DNA of 64,000 nucleotides from Pseudomonadota bacterium (GCA_023387335.1 JAEWIF010000003.1:135496-199495); one strand, 5' to 3'; counted from the stretch's first letter, positions 53,398-62,966 are shown. Numbers and translations: made by a program. The notes: generated by a model from the letters alone, not told the origin.

Positions 53398-54939
53398 TCA
53401 GCGGAACAGCCCCGTCGGATCGAACGGGTCGAACGACGTCGTCGGCGCCGGCGCAGGCGCCGTCGGCGTGAGCGCAGGCCCCACCGTCGGGACGAGCGGT
53501 GCCACGGACCCCACCGCCGGCGCGATCGCGGGCGAAGACATCGTCGGCGTGAAGGCGGGAATCCCCGGCGAAAGCGGCGCGAGCGCCGGACCGATGGGCG
53601 CCAGCGCGGGCGCGGCCGGCGTGAACAGCGGCGACGGTGCCGGGGCCGTGGGTGCCAGCGGTGCCAGCGCCGGCGAGAGCGGCGCAAACGCGGGGGCGCC
53701 CGGTGGAGCCGGAGCAGCGACCGGAACGGGCGCCGGAGCCGCGGGCGCGGGCGCAGGCGCCGCACCCTCCTGCGAGACGTAAAGCAGGCCGTCCAGCTGC
53801 TGCGGCGTGCCCGCCACCAGCAGCGCACGCGTCCCATCTTCCGAGAGCGCCATGGCACGCCAGTCGACCTCGCCGGCCGGCGTGGGCACCGTCGCGAAGC
53901 TCTGGCCGCCGTCCGAGGACAGCAGGACCGCGCCGCCGGTGCCGGCCGTGGTGGACGACAGCGTCGCCCCGACCACGCCGCCGCCGGCCGACATCGCGAG
54001 AGAGGTGTAGGCGCCCGTGACGGTGCTTGCCTGCGTCCAGGTCCAGCTGCCGCCGGCCAGGTTGCCGACGTAGAGGCCGGTGCTGCGCGGCGCGGGGTCC
54101 ACGCCCTGGCCGAAGTCGGTGCTGCCGGCCAGGGCGATGCGGGTGCCGTCCCCGGAGAGCGCCGCCCGGTACCAGCCGTCGGCGACGGCCGTGCTGCCCA
54201 CGGTGACGGGCAGCAGCGTGAAGGTCGCGCCGCCGTCGCCCGAAACGTAGAGGTTGCCGCTGCTGGCGGCCGCGATGACGGTGGTGCCGCCGGCCGAGCC
54301 GTCCACCGCGCGGAAGGCATCGGTGAGCACGCCGCCGCCCGCGAGCGTGGCCTGCTGGAAGCTCGGTGTCGTCGAATCGGCGTTCGTCGAGAAGAAGACC
54401 GGGCCGTTGAACGTGGCCGCCACGACCCGTGTGCCGTCGTCGGAGAGCGTGACGGATTCGTACGGAAGCGATCCCGTCGGGTTGATGCCGGTGTCGATGC
54501 GCGTCCAGCTGAACCCGCCGTTGGTGGACCGGAACAGGCCGCCGCCCGCGGCCACCGCGACCATTCTGGTGCCGTCGGGTGTCATGTCGAGCGAGACCCA
54601 TGCGGCGATGGGCGCGCTCGACGCGGTGAAGGTCTCGCCCCGGTCGGTGGAAAGGAAGATCTGGCCGCCTGCGGCCGTGAAGGTGGTGGCGGCCATCACG
54701 CGCCCCGTGTCGTTCGTGGCGACCCACTGGTACTGGTTGGCGGCCAGGCCGAGCACCGGCGCGAAACTCAGCGACGTCGCCGTCAGCGCGGCCGCCGGAG
54801 AAGGCGCGGTCCCGGGCGTACCCGCCACGGCGTCCGACGCGCTCGAGGCGGTGTCGTCGACGCTTCCGCCGCACGCGGCCAGCCACAGCGCTGCCACGAC
54901 GGCGCTGACGCGGCCCCTGCTCATCCCTGGCGGCTTCAT
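53398..54939 (-). CDS. Asp-box/BNR-repeat lipoprotein, paralog of 51500..52738, with a Pro/Ala-rich tail
   Basis: Lipobox LAAC; shared blocks LAANQY.WVATN.TG and TDFGQGVDPAPRSTGLYVGNLAGG. Confidence 0.82.
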   Translation of the reverse strand: MKPPGMSRGRVSAVVAALWLAACGGSVDDTASSASDAVAGTPGTAPSPAAALTATSLSFAPVLGLAANQYQWVATNDTGRVMAATTFTAAGGQIFLSTDRGETFTASSAPIAAWVSLDMTPDGTRMVAVAAGGGLFRSTNGGFSWTRIDTGINPTGSLPYESVTLSDDGTRVVAATFNGPVFFSTNADSTTPSFQQATLAGGGVLTDAFRAVDGSAGGTTVIAAASSGNLYVSGDGGATFTLLPVTVGSTAVADGWYRAALSGDGTRIALAGSTDFGQGVDPAPRSTGLYVGNLAGGSWTWTQASTVTGAYTSLAMSAGGGVVGATLSSTTAGTGGAVLLSSDGGQSFATVPTPAGEVDWRAMALSEDGTRALLVAGTPQQLDGLLYVSQEGAAPAPAPAAPAPVPVAAPAPPGAPAFAPLSPALAPLAPTAPAPSPLFTPAAPALAPIGPALAPLSPGIPAFTPTMSSPAIAPAVGSVAPLVPTVGPALTPTAPAPAPTTSFDPFDPTGLFR

Positions 54940-54987
54940 CGCGGATTCCGGTCGGAATCCGGTTCGACCGGGTGGCGTTCCCTGGGT

Positions 54988-55350
54988 TCAGCGCAGCCGT
55001 GCGGCCGCGAACCTCCAGGCCCGCCACACGCACCAGCCCACCGCCAGCCCGACCGCATCGGCCACCAGGTCGTGCAGGTCGAAGTGGTGGTCGACGGTGG
55101 CCAGCTGAAGCACCTCGATCAGCACGCCGTAACCGACCAGGCCCGCCAGCACGAGGCGCTCGCGCGACGCCCAGCCCAGCAGGCCCAGCACCGCCATGCC
55201 CCCGAACGCGACCACGTGGTTGGCCTTGTCCCAGCCGGTGAGCGGCTCGCGCTCGGGCACCGGCGCCAGCGCGAAGTACAGGACGACGAGCGCGGCCACC
55301 CAGAAGGTCAGGCGCGCCATGCGGGTGAGCGGAAGCGGGGTTCGGATCAA
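54988..55350 (-). CDS. VanZ-family membrane protein
   Basis: WDKANHVVAF, LIEVLQ, DLVADAVG. Confidence 0.85.
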   Translation of the reverse strand: MIRTPLPLTRMARLTFWVAALVVLYFALAPVPEREPLTGWDKANHVVAFGGMAVLGLLGWASRERLVLAGLVGYGVLIEVLQLATVDHHFDLHDLVADAVGLAVGWCVWRAWRFAAARLR

Positions 55351-58046
55351 GGTGGTCCGAGCTTACCCGCGGCGTTCGGGGCCAGGTCCAGCCGCATCTC
55401 CACCAGCCCTTCGTGCTGCCGCGCGCGGAAGCCCGCGGCCCGCGCCAGGCCGGCCATGGCCGTGTTCTCCGGCAGGCATTCGCCCACCAGCTCGCGCGTG
55501 CCGCGCTCGCGCAGGTGCTCGACCAGGCGCGCGAGCAGCAGGCGGCCCAGGCCCCTGCCCTGCCAGTGCGAAGCGACCTGGATCGCGAACTCGGCGCGCA
55601 CGTTGTCCGGGTCGCAGACCGCGCGCACCTCGCCGGCGATCGGCCGGCGGCCTTCGGCATCCGGCGGCGGCAAGGCCACGAAGGCCATCTCGCGGTCGTA
55701 GTCGATCTGGCTGAAGCGGGCCAGCTCCGACTGGGGCACCTCGCGCCTGGCCTGGAAGAAGCGCAGGCGCAGGTCGGCCTTCGACGCCTGCGCATAGAAG
55801 TCGCGCAGCCGCTCGCCGTCTTCCGGCCGGATGGGCCGCAGCAGCAGGTCCTGGCCGTCCACACGCAGCGTCGTTTCCAGCTCCTGCGGGTAGGGGCGGA
55901 TGGCCAGCGGCGCCGGTTGTGCGTCGGCGCGGTGCAGGCGCACCCGCGCGTCGAGGGCCAGCACGCCTTGCGCATCGGCCAGCAGCGGATTGATGTCGAG
56001 CTCGGCCACGCCGTCGAGGTCGCACGCGAGCTGCGAGAGACGCAGCAGCGAATCGATCACCGCGCCCTCGTCCGCCGCGGGCCGGCTGCGCCAGGCGCCC
56101 AGCAGCGGCCGCACGCCGCTGCGCGCGAGCAGCTCGCCCGCCAGCGCGGCGTTCAGCGGCGGCAGGGCGACCGCGTGGCGGCGATGCAGTTCCACCTCCA
56201 CGCCGCCGCTGCCGCACAGCAGCACGGGGCCGAACACCGGGTCGCACGTCAGGCCCAGGATCAGCTCACGCGCGCCGGGCCGCAGGGCCATCTGCTGCAC
56301 GGTGAAGCCGCGCACCGTGGCGTCGGGCCGCAGGCGAGCGACCTGCTGCAGCATGCGATCGGCGGCCGCTCGCAGTTCGTCGGCGTTGCGCAGGTGCAGC
56401 GCCACGCCGCCCACGTCGGTCTTGTGCAGGATCTGCGGCGAGAGGACTTTGAGCGCGACCGGAAAGCCGATCGCCTCGGCGGCGCGCAAGGCTTCGTTCA
56501 CGCCGCCCGCCGAGCGCGTCTCCACCGTGGGGATGCCGTACGCGTGAAGCAGCGCCTTCGATTCGCGCTCGTCCAGCCATTCGCGGCCGTCGCGCCGCGC
56601 GGCTTCCATCACCGCTTGCGCGGCCGCGCGGTCGCAGCGCAGGTCCGGCAGCGTGGCCGGCGGGATCTCCATCAGCTGGCGCTGGTTGCGCGCATGCGTC
56701 ACCAGCTGCAGCCAGGCGCGCACGGCGCGCTCGGGCGTCTCGTACGCGGGCAGGCCGGCCTGCGCGCAGGCCAGGCGCGCCTGCTCGACGGCGGGGCCGC
56801 CGAGCCAGCCGGTGAGCACCGGCTTGGTCGCCTCGCGCGCCGGCGGCAGGCAGGCCTGCGCGATCTCCAGCGCCGGCACCAGCGCGGTGGGCGCGTGCAG
56901 GAACAGCACGCCGTCGACCTCGGGGGCCTGCAGCAGCACGCGCATCGCGTCGACGTAGCGGGTGACGGGCGCGTCGCCGACGATGTCCACGGGATTCGAG
57001 TGCGACCAGGTGGCCGGCAGCACTTCGTCCAGCGCGGCCAGCGTGGCGGGCTCCAGCGTCGCGAGCCTGCCGCCCGCGAGCGACAGCGCATCGGCCGCCA
57101 GCACGCCCGCGCCGCCGCCGTTGGTGACGATGGCCAGCCGCTCGCCCGGCGCCGATCGCGCGCGGGCCAGGGTCTCGGCGGCGTCGAACAGCTCCTGCAG
57201 CGTGTCCACGCGCAGCAGGCCGGCGCGGCGCGCGGCCGCATCGAACACTTCATCCGAACCGGCCAGCGCGCCCGTGTGCGAGGCCGCGGCACGTGCGCCG
57301 TCAGGCGCCCGCCCTGACTTCACCACGATGATCGGCTTGTTGCGCGAAGCGGCCCGCGCCGCCGACATGAACTTGCGCGCCGCCTTCACCGATTCGGCAT
57401 ACAGCAGGATCGCGCGCGTGCCGCCTTCGCTGCCCAGCCAGTCGAGCAGGTCGCCGAAGTCCACGTCGGCGCTGTCGCCCAGCGACACGCAATGCGAAAA
57501 GCCGATGCCGCGCCCGCGCGCCCAGTCCTGCACCGCGGTGGCCAGCGCGCCCGACTGCGTGAGGAAGGCCAGGTTGCCGGGCAGCGCCGCGCCGGGGGCG
57601 AAGCTGGCGTTCAGCCCGAGCGGCGGCACCTGCAGGCCGATGCAGTTGGGCCCGAGGATGCGCAGCAGGTGCGGCCGCGCCGCGTCGAGCATCTGCTGCT
57701 CCCACGTCGGGCCGCCCGGCGAGGACTCGCGCTTGAGGCCCGCGCTGATGACGACGGCGGCCCGCGTGCCCTTGCGGCCCAGCTCGGCGACCAGCTGCGG
57801 GACCGTGGGCGCGGGCGTGCAGATCACGGCCAGCCCGGGCGCGGCGGGCAGGCTCGCGATATCGCGCCAGGCGGGTCGGCGGGCGACCGTGTCGTGCCGC
57901 TGGTTCACCGGCCACAGCGAACCGGCGAAGCCCGCGGCCAGCAGGTTGCGCATCACGACCTGGCCCAGGCTGCCGGGGCGGTCGGAGGCGCCGATCAGCG
58001 CCACCGAGGCGGGGCGCAGCAGATGGTCGAGGTGGCGGATGCTCAT
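55347..58046 (-). CDS. Pat/YfiQ-type protein lysine acetyltransferase (acyl-CoA synthetase-like domain plus GNAT)
   Basis: LRPASVALIGAS, GPNCIG, QSGAL, NPVD, DPVFGP, ELDINPL; C-terminal IDYDREMAF and WQGRGLG. Confidence 0.92.
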   Translation of the reverse strand: MSIRHLDHLLRPASVALIGASDRPGSLGQVVMRNLLAAGFAGSLWPVNQRHDTVARRPAWRDIASLPAAPGLAVICTPAPTVPQLVAELGRKGTRAAVVISAGLKRESSPGGPTWEQQMLDAARPHLLRILGPNCIGLQVPPLGLNASFAPGAALPGNLAFLTQSGALATAVQDWARGRGIGFSHCVSLGDSADVDFGDLLDWLGSEGGTRAILLYAESVKAARKFMSAARAASRNKPIIVVKSGRAPDGARAAASHTGALAGSDEVFDAAARRAGLLRVDTLQELFDAAETLARARSAPGERLAIVTNGGGAGVLAADALSLAGGRLATLEPATLAALDEVLPATWSHSNPVDIVGDAPVTRYVDAMRVLLQAPEVDGVLFLHAPTALVPALEIAQACLPPAREATKPVLTGWLGGPAVEQARLACAQAGLPAYETPERAVRAWLQLVTHARNQRQLMEIPPATLPDLRCDRAAAQAVMEAARRDGREWLDERESKALLHAYGIPTVETRSAGGVNEALRAAEAIGFPVALKVLSPQILHKTDVGGVALHLRNADELRAAADRMLQQVARLRPDATVRGFTVQQMALRPGARELILGLTCDPVFGPVLLCGSGGVEVELHRRHAVALPPLNAALAGELLARSGVRPLLGAWRSRPAADEGAVIDSLLRLSQLACDLDGVAELDINPLLADAQGVLALDARVRLHRADAQPAPLAIRPYPQELETTLRVDGQDLLLRPIRPEDGERLRDFYAQASKADLRLRFFQARREVPQSELARFSQIDYDREMAFVALPPPDAEGRRPIAGEVRAVCDPDNVRAEFAIQVASHWQGRGLGRLLLARLVEHLRERGTRELVGECLPENTAMAGLARAAGFRARQHEGLVEMRLDLAPNAAGKLGPP

Positions 58047-58201
58047 GGCGTCTTCCTCCGTCGCGGGTGGACGGCCATGGTCGCAGCGGCGCGGCGGATG
58101 GACTTGCGCCAAATCAATCGATACCTGTCTGCGAACGCACCAAAGCGGGGATTGCGCGCCTGACCGCAGTCAGCTGAGCTGGCTATCATTGACGCTCTCG
58201 T

Positions 58202-58588
58202 ATGAAACGCTCCGCCCGCTCTGCCTACACCGTCGCCGTGGTCGACGACACCGATCTCGCCCGCTACGCCGCCGTGAAGATGCTGCGGTCCCTGGGCTAC
58301 AAGACGGTCGAATGCGGCACCGGCGAGGAGGCGCAGATGATCGCCAGCAGCAAGCCGGTCTCGGCCGTGCTGCTGGACGTCAACCTGCCCGACGTCAACG
58401 GCGTCGCGGTCTGCGAATACATCAAGAAGGGCCCGAACCCGCTGCCGGTGGTGCTGATGTCGGCCGTCTACGTCGACGAACTGCACAAGGGCGCGGCCAT
58501 GGACGCCGGCGCCGACGCCTACCTCGTCTCGCCGCTGGAGCCGCAGGAGCTGGGAGCGGTCTTCGATCGCCTGCTGGGCATCGAATGA
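58202..58588 (+). CDS. Single-domain response regulator (receiver)
   Basis: VVDD, LLDVNLPDVNG, MSA, GADAYL. Confidence 0.88.
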   Translation: MKRSARSAYTVAVVDDTDLARYAAVKMLRSLGYKTVECGTGEEAQMIASSKPVSAVLLDVNLPDVNGVAVCEYIKKGPNPLPVVLMSAVYVDELHKGAAMDAGADAYLVSPLEPQELGAVFDRLLGIE

Positions 58589-58616
58589 AAAAAGGCCCCT
58601 GACGGGGCCTTTCTTT
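58588..58616. terminator. Bidirectional intrinsic terminator
   Basis: AAAAAAGGCCCC-TGAC-GGGGCCTTTCTTT between convergent genes. Confidence 0.85.
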
Positions 58617-58646
58617 CCGTTCGCCGGCTTGCCGCAGGCCGGCGGC

Positions 58647-58970
58647 TCACTTGATGGGGATGGTGGCGCGGATGGTGACGCTGGGCTCGACGGCCACCAC
58701 GGGCGCCGGCACATAGACCGGCTGCGGCGCCACCACCACCGGCTGCGGCACCACGTAGACGGGAGCGGCATGGACGTGCTCGGGTCCCTTGCACTTGCGC
58801 TCCTCCTTGTAGTCGCCGTCCTTCTTCTGCTTGATCTTGACCTTGCAGTTGCCGTCCCAGTACTCGTGCTTGTGTTCGGACCGGCCGTGGTGGTGGTCGC
58901 GGTCGGCAAGGGCCGCGAACGGAACGGAAGCGAAGGCGATCACGAGGGCAATGAATCGAAGAATTTTCAT
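58647..58970 (-). CDS. Small secreted protein
   Basis: Signal peptide ALA; His-rich start; EYWDGNCKVK...YKEERKCK; Pro/Val tail. Confidence 0.75.
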   Translation of the reverse strand: MKILRFIALVIAFASVPFAALADRDHHHGRSEHKHEYWDGNCKVKIKQKKDGDYKEERKCKGPEHVHAAPVYVVPQPVVVAPQPVYVPAPVVAVEPSVTIRATIPIK

Positions 58971-59069
58971 GCCCGCGTTTGTAGGCGCTCCCGTCCTGCT
59001 CGTCTGTGAGGAATTGCTCGGCGGTGCGAATGCGCAACGCCCCCCTGCAGGACGGAAAGCCCTTCCGGA

Positions 59070-62000
59070 TCAGGCCGGCGCGCCCGCATCCAGGGGATGC
59101 AGTCCGCTCGCCACGCCCAGCAGCTCCAGCTCCGTCGCGCCCCCCGCGTCCGCGAAGGACCCGCCGGTGTCGCCACCGGCGTCGTGCGCGTCGAAGGAGA
59201 AGCGCTCGAGCAGGTCCGACACGTGCGCCACGGCGACCTCGTTGGTCGTCGACTTGCCCGCCACCTTGCCGGCCACGTCGGCATGGGCCTTGATGGTGGC
59301 CTGGAACTGCACCGCGATCTCCGCGACCCGGCCCGGCTTGGGAGCGTCCACCAGGCCGACCAGGCTGTGGCCGTCGGCGGTCTCGATCACCGCGAACAGG
59401 CTGGGGTCGATGGCCGTGTCGAAATGGATCGCGATGTCGGCGCCCGCGGCCGCATCGGTGCCGATGTAGAGCGTGGTGCCGCCCGCATCCTGCTGCGCCT
59501 GCATCTGGCCCGCCTGCAGGGCGCTGCCGTTGCCGGCGCTCGCCCGGCCGGACAGCGTGGCCGCCACCAGCAGCGTGTCGCCCCAGCCGAAATCGGCCAC
59601 CCGGTCGAGCCCGTTGCCCGAGGCCTCGAAGGCGAACTGGTCGTAGCCGTCGCCGCCGGTGAGCCGGTCGTCGCCCGCGCCGCCGGCCAGGATGTCGTCG
59701 CCCGCGCCGCCGGAGATCTGGTCGTTGCCCGCCCCGCCCTGCAGCACGTTGTCGTTGGTGTCGCCGGTGATCACGTCCGCGAAGGAGGAGCCGCGCACGT
59801 TCTCGATGCCCACCAGCGTGTCGGTGCCGCCGAAGCCGTCCGCCGCCGTGCCGGCGGCCAGGTTCACCGAAACGCCCGCGGTGGAGGAGGCGTAGTCGGC
59901 CCGGTCCACCCCGCCCTTGCCGTCGATGACGTCGTTGCCCTCGCGCCCTTCGAACGATTCGAAGGCGCCCGAGTCGCTGCCGGTCAGCACGTCGTTGAAA
60001 TTCGAGCCGCGCACCGCCTCGATGTTGATCAGCGTGTCGGTGCCGCCGAAGCCGTCGGCGGCCGTCCCCGCCGACGTGCCGCCCAGCGTGACGCGCACGC
60101 CGGTCGTGGAGCTCTGGTAGTCCACCCGGTCGTAGCCGCTGCCGCCGTCGATGGTGTCGTTGCCGGCCATGCCCATGAAGAACTCGAGCGCGTCGCTGGC
60201 CGCGTTGCCGCCGGTGAGCGTGTCGTTGCCGTTGGAGCCGCGCACGCCTTCGATGTGGGCCAGCGTGTCGATGCCGCCTTCGCCGTCGATGGCGACGCCC
60301 GTCGCCAGGTTGACGTTCACCGGGCCGTTGCCGAAGTTGTAGCGGACCTCGTCGAGGCCGCCCTTGCCGTCGATGAAGTCGTTGCCGCCGCGCCCGGCGA
60401 AGCTCTCGGGCACCTGCGAATCGGAGCCGAGCAGCGTGTCGGCGAAGCGCGTGGCGACCACGTGGTTGATGTTGGCCAGCGTGTCGTGGCCCAGGCCGCT
60501 GACGGCCGTGCCCGCGGTGAAATCGACGGTCGCCGCGCTGCCGGAGTTGAACAGCGTGAGGCGGTTGGCGTTGGCGAAGGTGATCGGGTCGATGGCGCCG
60601 CCGTCGATGAAGTCGTCGCCCGCGCCGCCGTCGAACTGCTCGAACCAGTTGGCGCTGCTGCCGGTGATGCGGTCGGCGAATGCGGAACCGTTGAACCAGT
60701 TGATGTTGCTCAGCGTGTCCACGCCGCCCAGGCCGTCTTCCACCCGGCCGGTCTGCAGGTTGGCGACGATGCCGGTGCTGGAGGTCTGGTAGCTGACCGT
60801 GTTGAGGTCGTTGTAGTTGATCAGGTCGGTGATCGCGCCGCCGTCGATGATGTCGTTGCCGGCGCCGCCGATGAAGAAGTCGCTGCCGGCGCCGCCGAGC
60901 ATCACGTCGTCGCCGCCGTTGCCGATCAGGGTGTCGTTGCGCACCGAGCCGGTCATGCGGTCGGCGAACTCGCTGCCGCTCACGCTCTCGATGTTCACCA
61001 GCGTGTCGGTGAAGCCCCAGTTGTCGGTCGCCGTGCCGGCCTGCAGGTCCACCACCACGCCGTGGCCGCCGGGGGCTTCGAAGGCGTCGTCGAAGTACGA
61101 AGCCGTGTCGTTGCCCGCTCCGCCGTCCAGCGTGTCGTTGCCCAGGCCGCCGATCAGGTTGTCGCTGTTGCTGCCGCCGCGCAGCACGTCGTTGCCGGCG
61201 CGGCCGAACACGTAGCCGCCGGTGGTGTTAGAGAGCTGGATGTGGTCGTCGTGGAGGCTGCCGTGCACGGCCTCGATGCTCACCAGCTGGTCGTTGCCGA
61301 TGTCGGCGCCGAAGGCGAAGCCGCCCTGCAGGTCGACGGTGACGCCGCCGGTGGCGGTCTCGTACATGACCACGTCGAGTCCGGCGCGGCCATCCACGAA
61401 GTCGTTGCCGGAAGCGGGCCGGAACCAGTTGCCGTTGGCGTCGCCGACCAGGTTGTCGCCGAACATCGAGCCGTTCACGTGCTCGATGTTGCGCAGCGTG
61501 TCCGTACCGCCCCAGCCGTCGAACGCTAAGCCCTGCGTGAGGTCGACGGACACCCCGGCCTGCGAGTCCTCGTAGGCCGCCACGTCGCCGTAGTTGCCGG
61601 TGCCGCCGTCGAGGAAGTCGTCCCCGGCGCCGCCGCTCAGGTAGTCGTCGCCCGCACCGCCGTCGAGCCGGTCGTTGCCGGCCTGGGCGTGGATGTAGTT
61701 GTTGTTGGCGTCGCCGATCAGCACGTCGTCGAAGAAGGAGCCGCCGATGCCTTCGAAATTCACGAAGGTGTCGTTGCCGGAAGCCCCGGAAGAGGTCCCG
61801 GTGGCCATGTTCACGTAGACGCCGCCGGTGGACTCGTAGTAGTCGATGGCGTCGGAACCGGCGCCGCCGTCGAGGAAGTCGTTGCCGCCCAGGCCCTGGA
61901 GGGTGCTGTCGCCGGCGTTGCCGATGATCACGTCGTCGAAGTTCGAGCCGGCCACGTTCTCGATGTTCACGAAGGTGTCGTTGCCGGCCGCGCCGGAGGC

Positions 62001-62693
62001 GGTGCCCAGCTGCAGGTTGACCTGCACCGCGCCGCTCGCGTCGTCGTAGCGGATCTGGTCGAAGCGGCCCTCGCCGCCGTCCAGGAAGTCGTCGCCCTCG
62101 CCGCCGTTCAGGGAGTCTTCGCCGGCGCCGCCGCGCAGCGTGTCGTTGCCGCCCCTGCCGTAAAGCATGTTCGGGCCGTCGTCGCCGACCAGCAGGTCGG
62201 CGTAGCCGGAGCCGTAGACGCCCTCGATGTTGAACAGCTGGTCGTTGCCGGCGCCGCCGGTGACCTGGCCCGTGACGAGGTCGACGGTGACGCCCGCCGC
62301 GGCGTCCTGGTAGTTCGCGGTGTCGAAGCCGTCCCCGCCGTCGATGAGGTCGTTGCCGCCGCGGCCCAGGATCCAGTTGCCCCCGGCGTCGCCGACCAGC
62401 ACGTCGTCGTAGGACGACCCCGCCATGGACTCGATATTCCACAAGGTGTCGTTGCCGCCGGCGCCCGTGGCGCTGTGGGTCTGCAGGTTGACGCTGACCC
62501 CGCCCGTCGCGTGGACGTAGTCGATGTTGTCGTTGCCCCCTCCGCCCTCCAGGAAGTCGTCGCCCGCGCCGCCCACCAGGAAGTCGTTGCCCCCGCCCCC
62601 GAAGAGCGCGTCGTCGCCTTCGAAGCCGTCGATGTAGTCGTCGCCGGAGGTGCCGTACAGGGTGTCGGCTCCGGAGGTGCCCAGGATGTTCAT
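59070..62693 (-). CDS. Large RTX (hemolysin-type Ca-binding) repeat protein, about 1207 aa
   Basis: Many GGxGxDxL nonapeptides plus 12 modules of the type Y...GV.V.L..G.A...DTL.NIE...GS; ATG at 62693 (MNILGTSGADT); no signal peptide. Confidence 0.92.
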   Translation of the reverse strand: MNILGTSGADTLYGTSGDDYIDGFEGDDALFGGGGNDFLVGGAGDDFLEGGGGNDNIDYVHATGGVSVNLQTHSATGAGGNDTLWNIESMAGSSYDDVLVGDAGGNWILGRGGNDLIDGGDGFDTANYQDAAAGVTVDLVTGQVTGGAGNDQLFNIEGVYGSGYADLLVGDDGPNMLYGRGGNDTLRGGAGEDSLNGGEGDDFLDGGEGRFDQIRYDDASGAVQVNLQLGTASGAAGNDTFVNIENVAGSNFDDVIIGNAGDSTLQGLGGNDFLDGGAGSDAIDYYESTGGVYVNMATGTSSGASGNDTFVNFEGIGGSFFDDVLIGDANNNYIHAQAGNDRLDGGAGDDYLSGGAGDDFLDGGTGNYGDVAAYEDSQAGVSVDLTQGLAFDGWGGTDTLRNIEHVNGSMFGDNLVGDANGNWFRPASGNDFVDGRAGLDVVMYETATGGVTVDLQGGFAFGADIGNDQLVSIEAVHGSLHDDHIQLSNTTGGYVFGRAGNDVLRGGSNSDNLIGGLGNDTLDGGAGNDTASYFDDAFEAPGGHGVVVDLQAGTATDNWGFTDTLVNIESVSGSEFADRMTGSVRNDTLIGNGGDDVMLGGAGSDFFIGGAGNDIIDGGAITDLINYNDLNTVSYQTSSTGIVANLQTGRVEDGLGGVDTLSNINWFNGSAFADRITGSSANWFEQFDGGAGDDFIDGGAIDPITFANANRLTLFNSGSAATVDFTAGTAVSGLGHDTLANINHVVATRFADTLLGSDSQVPESFAGRGGNDFIDGKGGLDEVRYNFGNGPVNVNLATGVAIDGEGGIDTLAHIEGVRGSNGNDTLTGGNAASDALEFFMGMAGNDTIDGGSGYDRVDYQSSTTGVRVTLGGTSAGTAADGFGGTDTLINIEAVRGSNFNDVLTGSDSGAFESFEGREGNDVIDGKGGVDRADYASSTAGVSVNLAAGTAADGFGGTDTLVGIENVRGSSFADVITGDTNDNVLQGGAGNDQISGGAGDDILAGGAGDDRLTGGDGYDQFAFEASGNGLDRVADFGWGDTLLVAATLSGRASAGNGSALQAGQMQAQQDAGGTTLYIGTDAAAGADIAIHFDTAIDPSLFAVIETADGHSLVGLVDAPKPGRVAEIAVQFQATIKAHADVAGKVAGKSTTNEVAVAHVSDLLERFSFDAHDAGGDTGGSFADAGGATELELLGVASGLHPLDAGAPA

Positions 62694-62853
62694 GGTCGGT
62701 GTTCCTGTGTTCGGGTTGTTGGAGTGAGCGAACGCCGCTTTGTAAGCGGCCGCACCAACCCGCACCATCCCGCACATGCGGTATCCGCTCCGGGAAACCA
62801 CCAACTTCGGGCCGCAAAGGGCGGTCCCCCGTACCGGGATGGAGCGCCCAACA

Positions 62854-62870
62854 CTTAAGCCGGCGTTAAT
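62854..62870. promoter_or_regulatory. Putative QseB/PmrA-type box
   Basis: CTTAAG-CCGGC-GTTAAT between the divergent RTX gene and the response regulator. Confidence 0.5.
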
Positions 62871-62966
62871 GTCCGGCGGCCAGCATTCCACGACCTGGGC
62901 CATGGGCACGGGGAGCCCGACGCAAGCCGGGCCTCGCCGCCCGAATGCATACTGGCCTCGAACAGC

